This document shows positions 50,690-58,960 of a DNA stretch of 64,000 nt, piece after piece. Where the stretch lies: the NCBI GenBank assembly GCA_964291415.2, contig OZ219918.1, forward strand, positions 32,001 through 96,000. Direction: 5' to 3'. Source of the stretch: Alphaproteobacteria bacterium. Lineage in GTDB: Bacteria; Pseudomonadota; Alphaproteobacteria; SP197. Numbering within the stretch: position 1 is the stretch's first letter; each line of letters opens with the position of its first letter. The position numbers were made by a program, and so were the translations under genes. The notes under the pieces are model-generated. The model saw nothing but the letters and a program-made list of their open reading frames with translations, had not been told where the DNA came from and made no database searches.

Positions 50690-51906
50690 GGCGGCGCCTC
50701 TTCTTCCAGGTCTATCTCACGTTTCTTTCGATCATCGTCCTCTTTGGCGTGCTGACCGCGCTGGCATGGTGGTTCATCCCCGATGAACACCGGGCGGGCG
50801 ATTTCACCCGGGGCATGGGGTCCTATCTCCAGGAGACGCTGCCGCCTGTCGGAGCGCCACGCCACCAAATCGACGCCCATCTCGCCCGCCTGGCGGAGCA
50901 CTTCGACGTCAACCTCGTCCTGCTGGCTCCCGACGGTGCCATCCTGGGGCGTTCCGGCTCCGGGGAGGAGAGGCGGCACCGCCGGCACGCCATCATGCTT
51001 TCCGACGGACGGACCATGGAGGTCGTCTGGTCGAAGGATGGTGTCTCCGGAGCCGGATTCATCGTCGTTCCCGGGCTTCTCGCGCTGGCTGCCGCCATCG
51101 GCGCCTGGCCCCTGTCGCGCCGCCTCGCCGGCCGTCTCGAGCGGCTGAAGTCCAGGGTCGAGGCCCTGGGTTCAGGGGACCTACAGGCGCGTGTCAAGGT
51201 CGAGGGCAGGGACGAGATCGCCGCCCTCGCGACGAGCTTCAACCACGCCGCCGGGCGTATCGAGGACCTTGTGGAGGCCCAGCGCAACACCCTGGCGGCA
51301 GCATCCCATGAACTGCGATCTCCGCTGGCGAGGATCGCCATGGCCACAGGATTGCTCGCCGACACAGCGGATCCACAACTGGTCGCCAGGATCGAGCGCG
51401 ACATTGCGGAGCTCGATCAGCTGATTGACCAAATCCTGCTCGGCAGCCGCCTCGAGATCGAGGAGGGACCGGCCCGTCTCGACGAGATCGATCTTGGCGC
51501 ACTCGCCGCCGAGGAGGCGGCACGCTTCGAGGTCGCGTTCACTGGCGGCACGGCCGTGATCGAGGCCGAGGAACACCTGGTCCGTCACCTCGTGCGCAAC
51601 CTTCTCGGCAATGCTCGGCGTCATGCCGCGGGAAGTCCAGTGAGCGTCGAAGTCGCGGCTGACGGACCAGGGGTGCGCCTTCGTGTCGCCGACAGGGGCC
51701 CCGGGGTGAGCGAATCCATGAGGGAGAGCATCTTCGAGCCGTTCCGCTCCTTCGCCGCTGATGGCACGGGTGCCGGTCTCGGTCTCTATCTGGTGCGGCG
51801 CATCGCGAGACGCTACGGTGGCGACGCAGTCTGCCTCGAGAGGCCAGGCGGTGGCGCGCTCTTCGACGTCAGCCTGCCTGCCAAGGAAGAGGAGCAGGGC
51901 CCATGA
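50686..51906 (+). CDS. HAMP sensor histidine kinase
   Basis: SHELRSPLARI, NLLGNA, DRGPG, GAGLGL. Confidence 0.95.
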   Translation: MRRRLFFQVYLTFLSIIVLFGVLTALAWWFIPDEHRAGDFTRGMGSYLQETLPPVGAPRHQIDAHLARLAEHFDVNLVLLAPDGAILGRSGSGEERRHRRHAIMLSDGRTMEVVWSKDGVSGAGFIVVPGLLALAAAIGAWPLSRRLAGRLERLKSRVEALGSGDLQARVKVEGRDEIAALATSFNHAAGRIEDLVEAQRNTLAAASHELRSPLARIAMATGLLADTADPQLVARIERDIAELDQLIDQILLGSRLEIEEGPARLDEIDLGALAAEEAARFEVAFTGGTAVIEAEEHLVRHLVRNLLGNARRHAAGSPVSVEVAADGPGVRLRVADRGPGVSESMRESIFEPFRSFAADGTGAGLGLYLVRRIARRYGGDAVCLERPGGGALFDVSLPAKEEEQGP

Positions 51907-52533
51907 CAAGCACGCTCGATGCCGGCGGCTTTGACGTCTCTGCCGAGCACTCGACCACGCTGCCCTCGAGCTGGTACCGCGATCCCGCCATCTGGCGCCT
52001 CGAGCACGAGGCGATCTTCTACCGCAGCTGGTGGTATCTTGGACATGTCAGCGATCTCCCCCGACGCGGCGACTACCTCACCGGCAGGATTGCCGATCAG
52101 AATGTTCTCGTCATCAGGGGTCACGACGGGGTGTTGCGCGCCTTTCACAACGTGTGCAGCCACCGCGCTCATCCGCTGCTCGAGGGCTGCGGCAACACGG
52201 CCTTCATCACCTGCCCCTACCACCAGTGGACCTACGACGCGAACGGCCGCTTTCGCAACGGCCGGGGATGCGAGCCCCTGAGGGAGTGGACTGACGCGAA
52301 CGCCGACCTCAAGCCTGTGCGGCTCGAGGACTATGGCGGCTTTCTCTTCGTCAACCTCGATGCCGGTGCGATCCCCCTCATCGACCAGGCGGGGCGCTTT
52401 CTCGAGAACATGCGCCGCGCCTGTCCGCGGTTGCCGGACCTGGTGCGCGCCTGTCGCTGGGAAGTCGACGTGGCGGCGAACTGGAAGACGGTGATCGACA
52501 AGGGGATTACATACGTAACTTGACAGAATCGAC

Positions 52534-52562
52534 TTGACATCCAGTGGTGTTATCGGCATGAT
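52534..52562 (+). promoter_or_regulatory. Putative tnpB promoter
   Basis: TTGACA-17 bp-CATGAT, then GGAG RBS before ATG 52604. Confidence 0.55.
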
Positions 52563-53794
52563 TTCGCGAAGTAAATCAGTGTCCGCAACACCGGAGTCCC
52601 CGCATGTCGTCCTCTGTCACCTATCGACAGATCACCTTTCGCCTGCTGCCCGAGAAGCGCAGCACCTGGCGGCGGCTGGACGCCATGCTCGACGCGCAGC
52701 GCTGTCTCTACAACGCGGCGCTCGAGGAACGGATCGACTGCTACCGGAAGACCGGGAAGTCACTCACCTACTTCGATCAGGCAAAGTCCCTGACCTTGTG
52801 CCGGAAGGTTCTGCCGGACATGGCTGCGATGCCGGTGGCCATCCAGCGAGGGACGCTCAAGCGCCTCGATCATGCCTTCAAGGGGTTCTTCCAGCGGGTG
52901 AGCCAAGGTGGGGCCGGGTTCCCCCGGTTCCAGGGACGCCGGCATTTCAACAGCCTGTCCGTGGTCTCCGGCGTCAGGGTCGAGGGCAACCGTCTGCGCA
53001 TCCCCGGCCTGGGCTGGCTCACCATTCGCCGCCGGGGCGGCAATCCCTGGCCGCAGGGCACGCCGGTGAGCGCGGTTCTCAAGCGCGAGGAGGGACGCTG
53101 GAAGGCGGTGGTATGCCATGCGGTGTCTCTGCCGGAACCGGACGACAACGGCCATGCCGTCGGCGTGGACATGAATGCGGGCCAGGTGGCGACCTCGGAC
53201 GGGGAGATCCTGCGCCTGGAGAGGAGCCGGCGTCTTGAGGCCCGCGCCCGGCGCTATGCCAGGCAGCTGGCGCGGCAGCGCCGTGGCAGCAGACGCCGGG
53301 AGAAGACGCGGCGGCGTCTGTCGAAGACCACCCGGCGCATGGCGATGAAGCGCCATGACTGGCAGCACCATGTCAGCCGCCGCCTGGCGGATGCGGCCGG
53401 CACGGTGGTGGTCGAGGATCTGAAGGTCCGCAACATGACCCGCAGCGTCAGGGGCACGAAGGAGGAGCCGGGACGCCACGTGCGCTCCAAGGCGTCATCC
53501 TGGAGACGGGCTGGTCGTCGTTCCGGAGAATGCTGGACTACAAGGCGCGCCGCGTCATCGCGGTGAACCCGGCCTGGACCAGCCAGACCTGTGCAGCGTG
53601 CGGCGTCGCAAGCGCCCAATCACGCAGGACGCGGGATCTCTTTCAATGCGTGGCGTGCGGCCATGCGGATCATGCCGACCTTGTATGACCGGGTTTCATT
53701 CCCGTGATCACGTCATCCACAGCGGTTGGGATTGGGAAAGTGTGGACAACTGCGGTTGTGTAGGAGCTGTCCGGTCTATGGTTTCAGAGAGATT

Positions 53795-53989
53795 CCGCTC
53801 CCCTGCGCGAGGGCGCACAGGGGAGCGGGGTGCGGAGATCTCACGATCCCCGCGGAGGTCGGTCGGAGCCGACCTGGCTTTGTAGAGCCGTCATTGAGCT
53901 TGGTCGGCCGGCCTCCCTTGACGTCCCTCGCGTCCTGAATGGATGCCTGGGCTTGGACCGTATCATCACAAGGCGAGGAGCAAGGGACG
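53795..53989 (+). ncRNA. Predicted IS110 bridge RNA
   Basis: 5' hairpin 53795-53828; target loop with GCCGACCT (53868-53875) and CATTGAG (53892-53898); donor loop with ATGGATGC (53939-53946) and ACAAG (53968-53972); true 5' end may lie nearer 53700. Confidence 0.8.
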
Positions 53990-54915
53990 ATGGTTAAGGT
54001 AGTGGCAGGGATCGATGTCGGCAAGGCCAGCCTGGACATCTGCGCGGCGGGCAGACGCGTCGTTTTGCCAACGACGCCACGAGCTGGCGGGCGCTGGGTG
54101 CGTGGCTTCGGGGTCTCGAGGTGAGCCGGGTGGTGATGGAGGCGACGGGCCGCTATCACCGCAGGGTTCACCAGTGTCTTCATGACCGGGGCTTCGAGGT
54201 CATCGTGATCAACCCGTTGCGGGCCCGGCGCTTCGCCGAGGTGATGGGCCATCTGGCCAAGACCGACCGCGTCGACGCGTTGATGCTGGCCAGGCTGGGG
54301 ACGGCGCTGGGCGACGATCTTGAGCCGGTGGCCCCTCAGGAGGCCTTCCTCAACCGCTTGGAGGATCTCCTGGTGGTGCGCGCCAGGCATGTCGATACGC
54401 GGACCATGCTGAGGCAGGTGGCGGGTGAGGTGGACGGCGAGGGCGAGACCCTCACACGGGCCACGATCGCCGATCTCGACGAAAGGATTGCCGCACTGGA
54501 TGCGGCGATCGAAGCGCTGATCGCCGGTGATCCCGAACAGGCCGAGCGGTACAGCATCCTGATCTCGATCCCCGGCGTCGGTCCGGTGACCGCCGCGGCC
54601 CTTCTTTGCTGGATGCCCGAACTCGGCAGTCTCGAGGGTCGCCAGGCGGCAGCGTTGATCGGGGTGGCGCCGGTTGCCGACGACAGCGGCCAGCACCACG
54701 GCGCCCGGCACATTCGCGGCGGGCGCCGCAGGCCACGCGATCTCCTGTTCATGGCCGCGACTTCGGCGTCACGCTACAATCAGGATCTCGCCATCGTGTT
54801 CCAACGCCTCAAGGCCGCCGGCAAGGCCCACAAGGTGGCGATCGTTGCCGTGATGCGCAAACTCATCGCGCTGGCGAACGTCCTGTTGCGGGAACAGCGC
54901 TGCCGCCTGAAGCAC
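53990..54915 (+). pseudogene. IS110-family recombinase, frameshift near 54052
   Basis: GIDVGK, MEATG, KTDRVDA (DEDD), SIPGVG, DDSG, IRGGR, VAVMRKL; 3' end approximate. Confidence 0.9.
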
Positions 54916-54917
54916 CG

Positions 54918-55460
54918 GCACGCTCACCGGCGTGAAGGAGACTCCCTCATGGCCCTCACGCCTGCAGAGAAGCAGCGCCGTTATCGGGAACGGCTCAAGG
55001 CCGGCATGTCTCCCGTGCGCACCCGCAAGCTCCGTGACCGACGCTCGCGGGCCCAACGCTGGTGCGATGCGGTGGCCGAACTCGGCGCACTGCAGGAGCA
55101 CTATCGGGACTGTCTCGACAGGCTCCCGGACTCGCTGCACGACACAGCCTATGGAGAGCGCCTGCAGATCATCGTCGAGGCCGACATCGAGGCCCTCGAG
55201 GAGATCGAGCCTCCGCGCGGCTACGGACGGACACATGACACATGACACCTGGAGCCCCATTGTGCGCGGTAACGTTCTGACTGTGGTCACAATGCCCGGC
55301 ACCCTCATGCCGGGTAACGTTACCGCAATCAATGGCGAACACCCCACTCATGCTGCCGGGCGAACTCAACGTCTCCCTGGCCACGGGGCGTAGACACCGC
55401 AATGTCGGAACGTCAGACCGCATGGGGACAGACCAGGGAAACATCTTCACGCACGCTCAC
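54918..55460. repeat. 10-bp direct repeats GCACGCTCAC bounding an insert
   Basis: Copies at 54918-54927 and 55451-55460. Confidence 0.7.
54949..55245 (+). CDS. Small hypothetical protein (TPAEKQRRYRER motif)
   Basis: Own RBS GAAGGAG; basic N-terminal helix; ..EEIEPPRGYGR end. Confidence 0.7.
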   Translation: MALTPAEKQRRYRERLKAGMSPVRTRKLRDRRSRAQRWCDAVAELGALQEHYRDCLDRLPDSLHDTAYGERLQIIVEADIEALEEIEPPRGYGRTHDT

Positions 55461-56150
55461 AAAAACCTTGCACCGAAACATGGATGCTCAATGCAGCGGC
55501 GAACATTCTGGCCTCGGGGACTGGGGCATCTGCGCGGGGAGGTTGCCGGGTTGCCGGGCCTGTGAACCGCGAAATCGATCGGAGGATGGCAGCATGACGC
55601 TGTCAACTTCTCGATATAAGTCCCATCGACAACAATCACGAGTGCTACCACTGCGATGTCAATCACCGCTCGCTGATGGAACTCGTCGACTATGACGGCC
55701 AGGCCGCATGGTCCGATGACGGCATCACCTTCAGCCACAGGATCACCGCCAGGGATCTCGACAACACGGCCTATCGCCTCGAAGCGGCGGACGTTGAACA
55801 GCCCGAAGCCCTCTTCGGCTATATCTGGCCCACCGCAATCCCCCTCATGTACCCGGGCAGCCCCCATCTGGCGATGTTCCAGGTTCTGCCCACCGGCCCC
55901 GAAACCACCCGCGAGAGATGGGACTTCTACTTCACGTCCCGCGAGCCCTCCGAACTCGAGAGGCGGTTCATGGACTACATCCGCACCGTCCTCGTGGTCG
56001 AGGATGTCCGGCTCTGCGAGAACGTCCAGCAGGGTCTCCACTCGCTCGGCTACCACCAGGGACGGTTCGTCGTCGACAGGGATCACCCCGAATTCAGTGA
56101 GCACCACGTGCACTTCTTCCAGTCCATGGTGCGCGACTCGCTGAAGTCCG

Positions 56151-57059
56151 TCACGGCGTGACCGGAACGAGGCGCCCCAGGACAAGTCCGGCAAAGACCA
56201 GGAGGCCAATCCGGTTGTTGGCGGAAAAGGCCCTGTGGCAGGAGGCCGGGTCATCGAGATCGACGGTGACGAGCTGCCTTGCCAGATCGGCGGCGGCGAC
56301 GGCGAGGACCACCAGGAAGGGCCACCCGGTCCCTGTCAGGTAACCGGCCAGGGCTGCCCCGGCAACGAAGACGCCGTAGAAGAGACCGGTGAGGGGTTTC
56401 GAGCTCTCGCCGAAGGCAAGGGCCGTCGACTTCACGCCGACCCGCTCGTCATCCGTCTTGTCCTGGTGGGCATAGATCGTGTCGTAACCGATCGTCCATG
56501 CGATGGCGGCGAGGTAAAGCACCAGGGGTTCCGGTGAGAGCGCGCCCCTGACCGCGACCCAGCCCACCAGGGCCCCCCAGCTGAAGGCGAGGCCGAGAAA
56601 GAGCTGCGGCCAGTAGGTGACGCGTTTCATGAAGGGATAGATGACCACCAGGCCAAGGGAGGCGAGCCCAGTGATGATCGCTGCCTGGTTGAGCTGGAGA
56701 AGCACGATCAATCCTGCGGCAAGCAGCAGGCCAAGGAAGACCAGGGCGCCTGGCAGCGTCACGGCGCCACTGGCGAGGGGACGGTCGCGGGTCCGCTCAA
56801 CCCGGGCGTCGATCCGCCGGTCGACGATGTCGTTGACGATGCAGCCGGCGGACCGCATCACCACGGCTCCGGCGGCGAAGAGGCCAAGGAGCGTCCAGTC
56901 CGGCCATCCAGGCGAAGCCAGGGCAACCGCCCACCAGCAGGGCCACATCAGGAGCCAGAAGCCAGCGGGCCTGTCGACGCGCGCCAGTTGCAGCCACGGT
57001 CGCCACTCGACGGGCGCCCGTGCGTTGACCCACTCCCTGAAGAACGGACGCCGGCTCAT
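56151..57059 (-). CDS. ubiA: 4-hydroxybenzoate polyprenyltransferase
   Basis: RVDRPAG, MRSAGCIVNDIVDRRID, RPLASG, YDTIYAHQDKTDD. Confidence 0.95.
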   Translation of the reverse strand: MSRRPFFREWVNARAPVEWRPWLQLARVDRPAGFWLLMWPCWWAVALASPGWPDWTLLGLFAAGAVVMRSAGCIVNDIVDRRIDARVERTRDRPLASGAVTLPGALVFLGLLLAAGLIVLLQLNQAAIITGLASLGLVVIYPFMKRVTYWPQLFLGLAFSWGALVGWVAVRGALSPEPLVLYLAAIAWTIGYDTIYAHQDKTDDERVGVKSTALAFGESSKPLTGLFYGVFVAGAALAGYLTGTGWPFLVVLAVAAADLARQLVTVDLDDPASCHRAFSANNRIGLLVFAGLVLGRLVPVTP

Positions 57060-57180
57060 TCAGGCGACTCCCGGGATGGCGCGCGCCGACATTGTCTGCC
57101 GCCAGCCTTCTTTGCAAGGGCCGTGTGCGCGGGATATCGTGCGCGCCGCCATTCGAGGCGCCCAGGGAGCCTTATCGACC

Positions 57181-58542
57181 GTGTCCATACCCTCCGCACA
57201 GAACGCCACGCCGGTCACGTCCCGCAACCAGCTCGTCGAAGTCCTGGAATCGGGATGCAAGCCGCCCGAGGAGTGGCGGGTCGGCACGGAGCACGAGAAG
57301 TTCGCCTACGACGCTGCCACCCGCGCGCCTCTCTCCTACGACGCTCCCAACGGCATCCGCGTCATCCTCGAGGAGTTGCAGCGTTTCGGCTGGCAGCCGC
57401 TCATGGAGGGCGACCATGTCATCGGCTTGAAGAAGGACAACCAGCACGTGTCCCTGGAACCGGGCGGGCAGGTGGAACTCTCCGGCGCGCCGCTGAAGAC
57501 GCTCCATGAATCCTGTCGCGAGGTGAATGCCCACCTTGACCAGTGCCAGGAAGTCGCCGAGGAGCTCGGCATCATCTTCCTCGGCCTTGGGTTGAGACCC
57601 CTCGACCGCCGGCAGGACGTGCCCTGGATGCCCAAGGGCCGTTACCGGATCATGCGGGAATACATGCAGAAGGTCGGGACCATGGGCCTCGACATGATGG
57701 TCGGCACCTGCACCATCCAGGCCAATCTGGATTTCGGCTCCGAGGCGGACATGGTGCGGAAGTTCAGGGTCGCCCAGGCGCTGCAGGCGGTGGCGACCGC
57801 GCTGTTCGCCAACTCGCCCTTCAGCGAGGGACAGCCGAACGGCTACCTGTCGATGCGCGCCCACATCTGGACCGACACCGACAACGACCGCAGCGGCTTG
57901 CTGAAGTTCGTCACCGAGGACGGGTTCGGCTTCGAGCGATACGTCGACTACGCTCTCGATGTGCCGATGTACTTCGTGCTGCGCGACGGGCGCTACATCG
58001 ACGCCTCGGGCCAGTCGTTCCGTGATTTCATGGAGGGCCGCCTGCCCGCCCTGCCAGGCGAAGTCCCGACGGTCTCCGACTGGGAAGATCACCTGACCAC
58101 ACTGTTCCCGGACGTCCGGATCAAGCGGTACATGGAAGTGCGTGGCGCCGATGGCGCCAGCTGGCGGCGCATCTGTGCTCTCCCCGCCCTGTGGACCGGG
58201 CTGCTCTATGTGGATTCGCAACTCGATGCGGCCTGGGAGATGGTGCGGGACTGGACCTGGGAAGAGCAGGTGCAGATGAAGGCCGACGTGCCGCGGCTCG
58301 GGCTGAGGGCACCGTTCAGGTCGGGCACCGTCCAGGATGTCGCCCGCACCATGCTGGAAATCTCCTGCGAGGGTCTCTACCGGCGGCGCTACTACGACGG
58401 CAGCCTCGACGAGGTGCATTTTCTCGATTCGCTGATGGAGATTGCGATGTCGGGAAGAACCCCGGCGGAGGTCCTGCTGGATCGATGGGAGAACGCCTGG
58501 GGCGGCAGTATCGATCCGGTGTTCAGCGAGTTCTCGTTCTGA
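57181..58542 (+). CDS. gshA: Glutamate--cysteine ligase (alphaproteobacterial/plant type)
   Basis: RVGTEHEKF, SLEPGGQVELSGAP, WMPKGRY, MEVRGAD; start uncertain. Confidence 0.93.
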   Translation: MSIPSAQNATPVTSRNQLVEVLESGCKPPEEWRVGTEHEKFAYDAATRAPLSYDAPNGIRVILEELQRFGWQPLMEGDHVIGLKKDNQHVSLEPGGQVELSGAPLKTLHESCREVNAHLDQCQEVAEELGIIFLGLGLRPLDRRQDVPWMPKGRYRIMREYMQKVGTMGLDMMVGTCTIQANLDFGSEADMVRKFRVAQALQAVATALFANSPFSEGQPNGYLSMRAHIWTDTDNDRSGLLKFVTEDGFGFERYVDYALDVPMYFVLRDGRYIDASGQSFRDFMEGRLPALPGEVPTVSDWEDHLTTLFPDVRIKRYMEVRGADGASWRRICALPALWTGLLYVDSQLDAAWEMVRDWTWEEQVQMKADVPRLGLRAPFRSGTVQDVARTMLEISCEGLYRRRYYDGSLDEVHFLDSLMEIAMSGRTPAEVLLDRWENAWGGSIDPVFSEFSF

Positions 58543-58570
58543 TTTTGCCCATGAAGGGAGCGCCACGGCC

Positions 58571-58960
58571 GTGCTGAGACGATTCAATCCCCAGGGTGTT
58601 GCGCCACCCCTGTCGAACTACAGCCACGGAGTCGTGATTCCCGATGGCATGAAGCAACTGCATGTCGCGGGGCAGATCGGCATCACGCCCGACGGCGCCA
58701 TTCCCGATGATGTCGGCGAACAGGCACGCTGGTGCTTTGCGAACATCCTGGCGATCCTCGCGGCGGAAGGCATGACGGCGGACAATCTCGTGTCAATGAC
58801 GACCTATGTTGTCGGCGAGGAGAACCTCGCGCCCGTGCGCCAGGCGCGCCAGCAGGCTCTCGGAGAGGCCGCTCCGGCCTCGACACTGGTGTTCGTCACG
58901 GCCCTGGCCACGCCGGCGCTCAAGGTCGAGGTCCAGGCGATCGCCGCCTCGGTGGTCTGA
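58571..58960 (+). CDS. RidA/YjgF family protein
   Basis: YSHGV, AGQIG, PASTLVFV, KVEVQAIA. Confidence 0.88.
   Translation: MLRRFNPQGVAPPLSNYSHGVVIPDGMKQLHVAGQIGITPDGAIPDDVGEQARWCFANILAILAAEGMTADNLVSMTTYVVGEENLAPVRQARQQALGEAAPASTLVFVTALATPALKVEVQAIAASVV

Larger units (their letters stand above)
53680..55488 (+). mobile_element. IS110-family element
   Basis: CT core at 53680-53681 and 55487-55488; excision restores tnpB codons gac-ctc-aat. Confidence 0.9.
52604..55597 (+). pseudogene. tnpB: TnpB RNA-guided endonuclease, frameshifted near 53493 and split by IS110 (parts 52604-53681 and 55489-55597)
   Basis: LYNAALEER, GFPRFQ, RuvC-I GVDMN, RuvC-II VVEDL, TSQTCAACG..CVACG zinc finger, RuvC-III HADL|NAAANIL restored on IS110 removal. 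Confidence 0.92.
52502..55624 (+). mobile_element. TnpB-only element with IS1595-like ends and 8-bp target duplication
   Basis: ATCGACAA at 52494-52501 and 55625-55632; left end ggggattacatacgtaacttgacag vs revcomp right end gggacttatatcgagaagttgacag (17/25). Confidence 0.88.
51903..56161 (+). pseudogene. Rieske non-heme iron oxygenase alpha subunit, split by insertion (5' part 51903-52501, 3' part 55625-56161)
   Basis: CSHR..CPYHQW Rieske motif; removing the insert and one ATCGACAA copy restores NWKTVIDNNHECYHC in frame with the 55676-56161 ORF. Confidence 0.93.

Noticed and set aside
52491-52495. GTGAT as an ISDra2-like TTGAT TAM marking an IS605 left boundary
   Set aside because: It overlaps the 8-bp duplication and does not abut the element end; the duplication and TIR-like ends define the boundary better.
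54121-55245. 374-aa IS110 'fusion protein'
   Set aside because: It lacks the first catalytic Asp (upstream frameshift), and its tail is a separate ORF with its own RBS inside a repeat-bounded insert.
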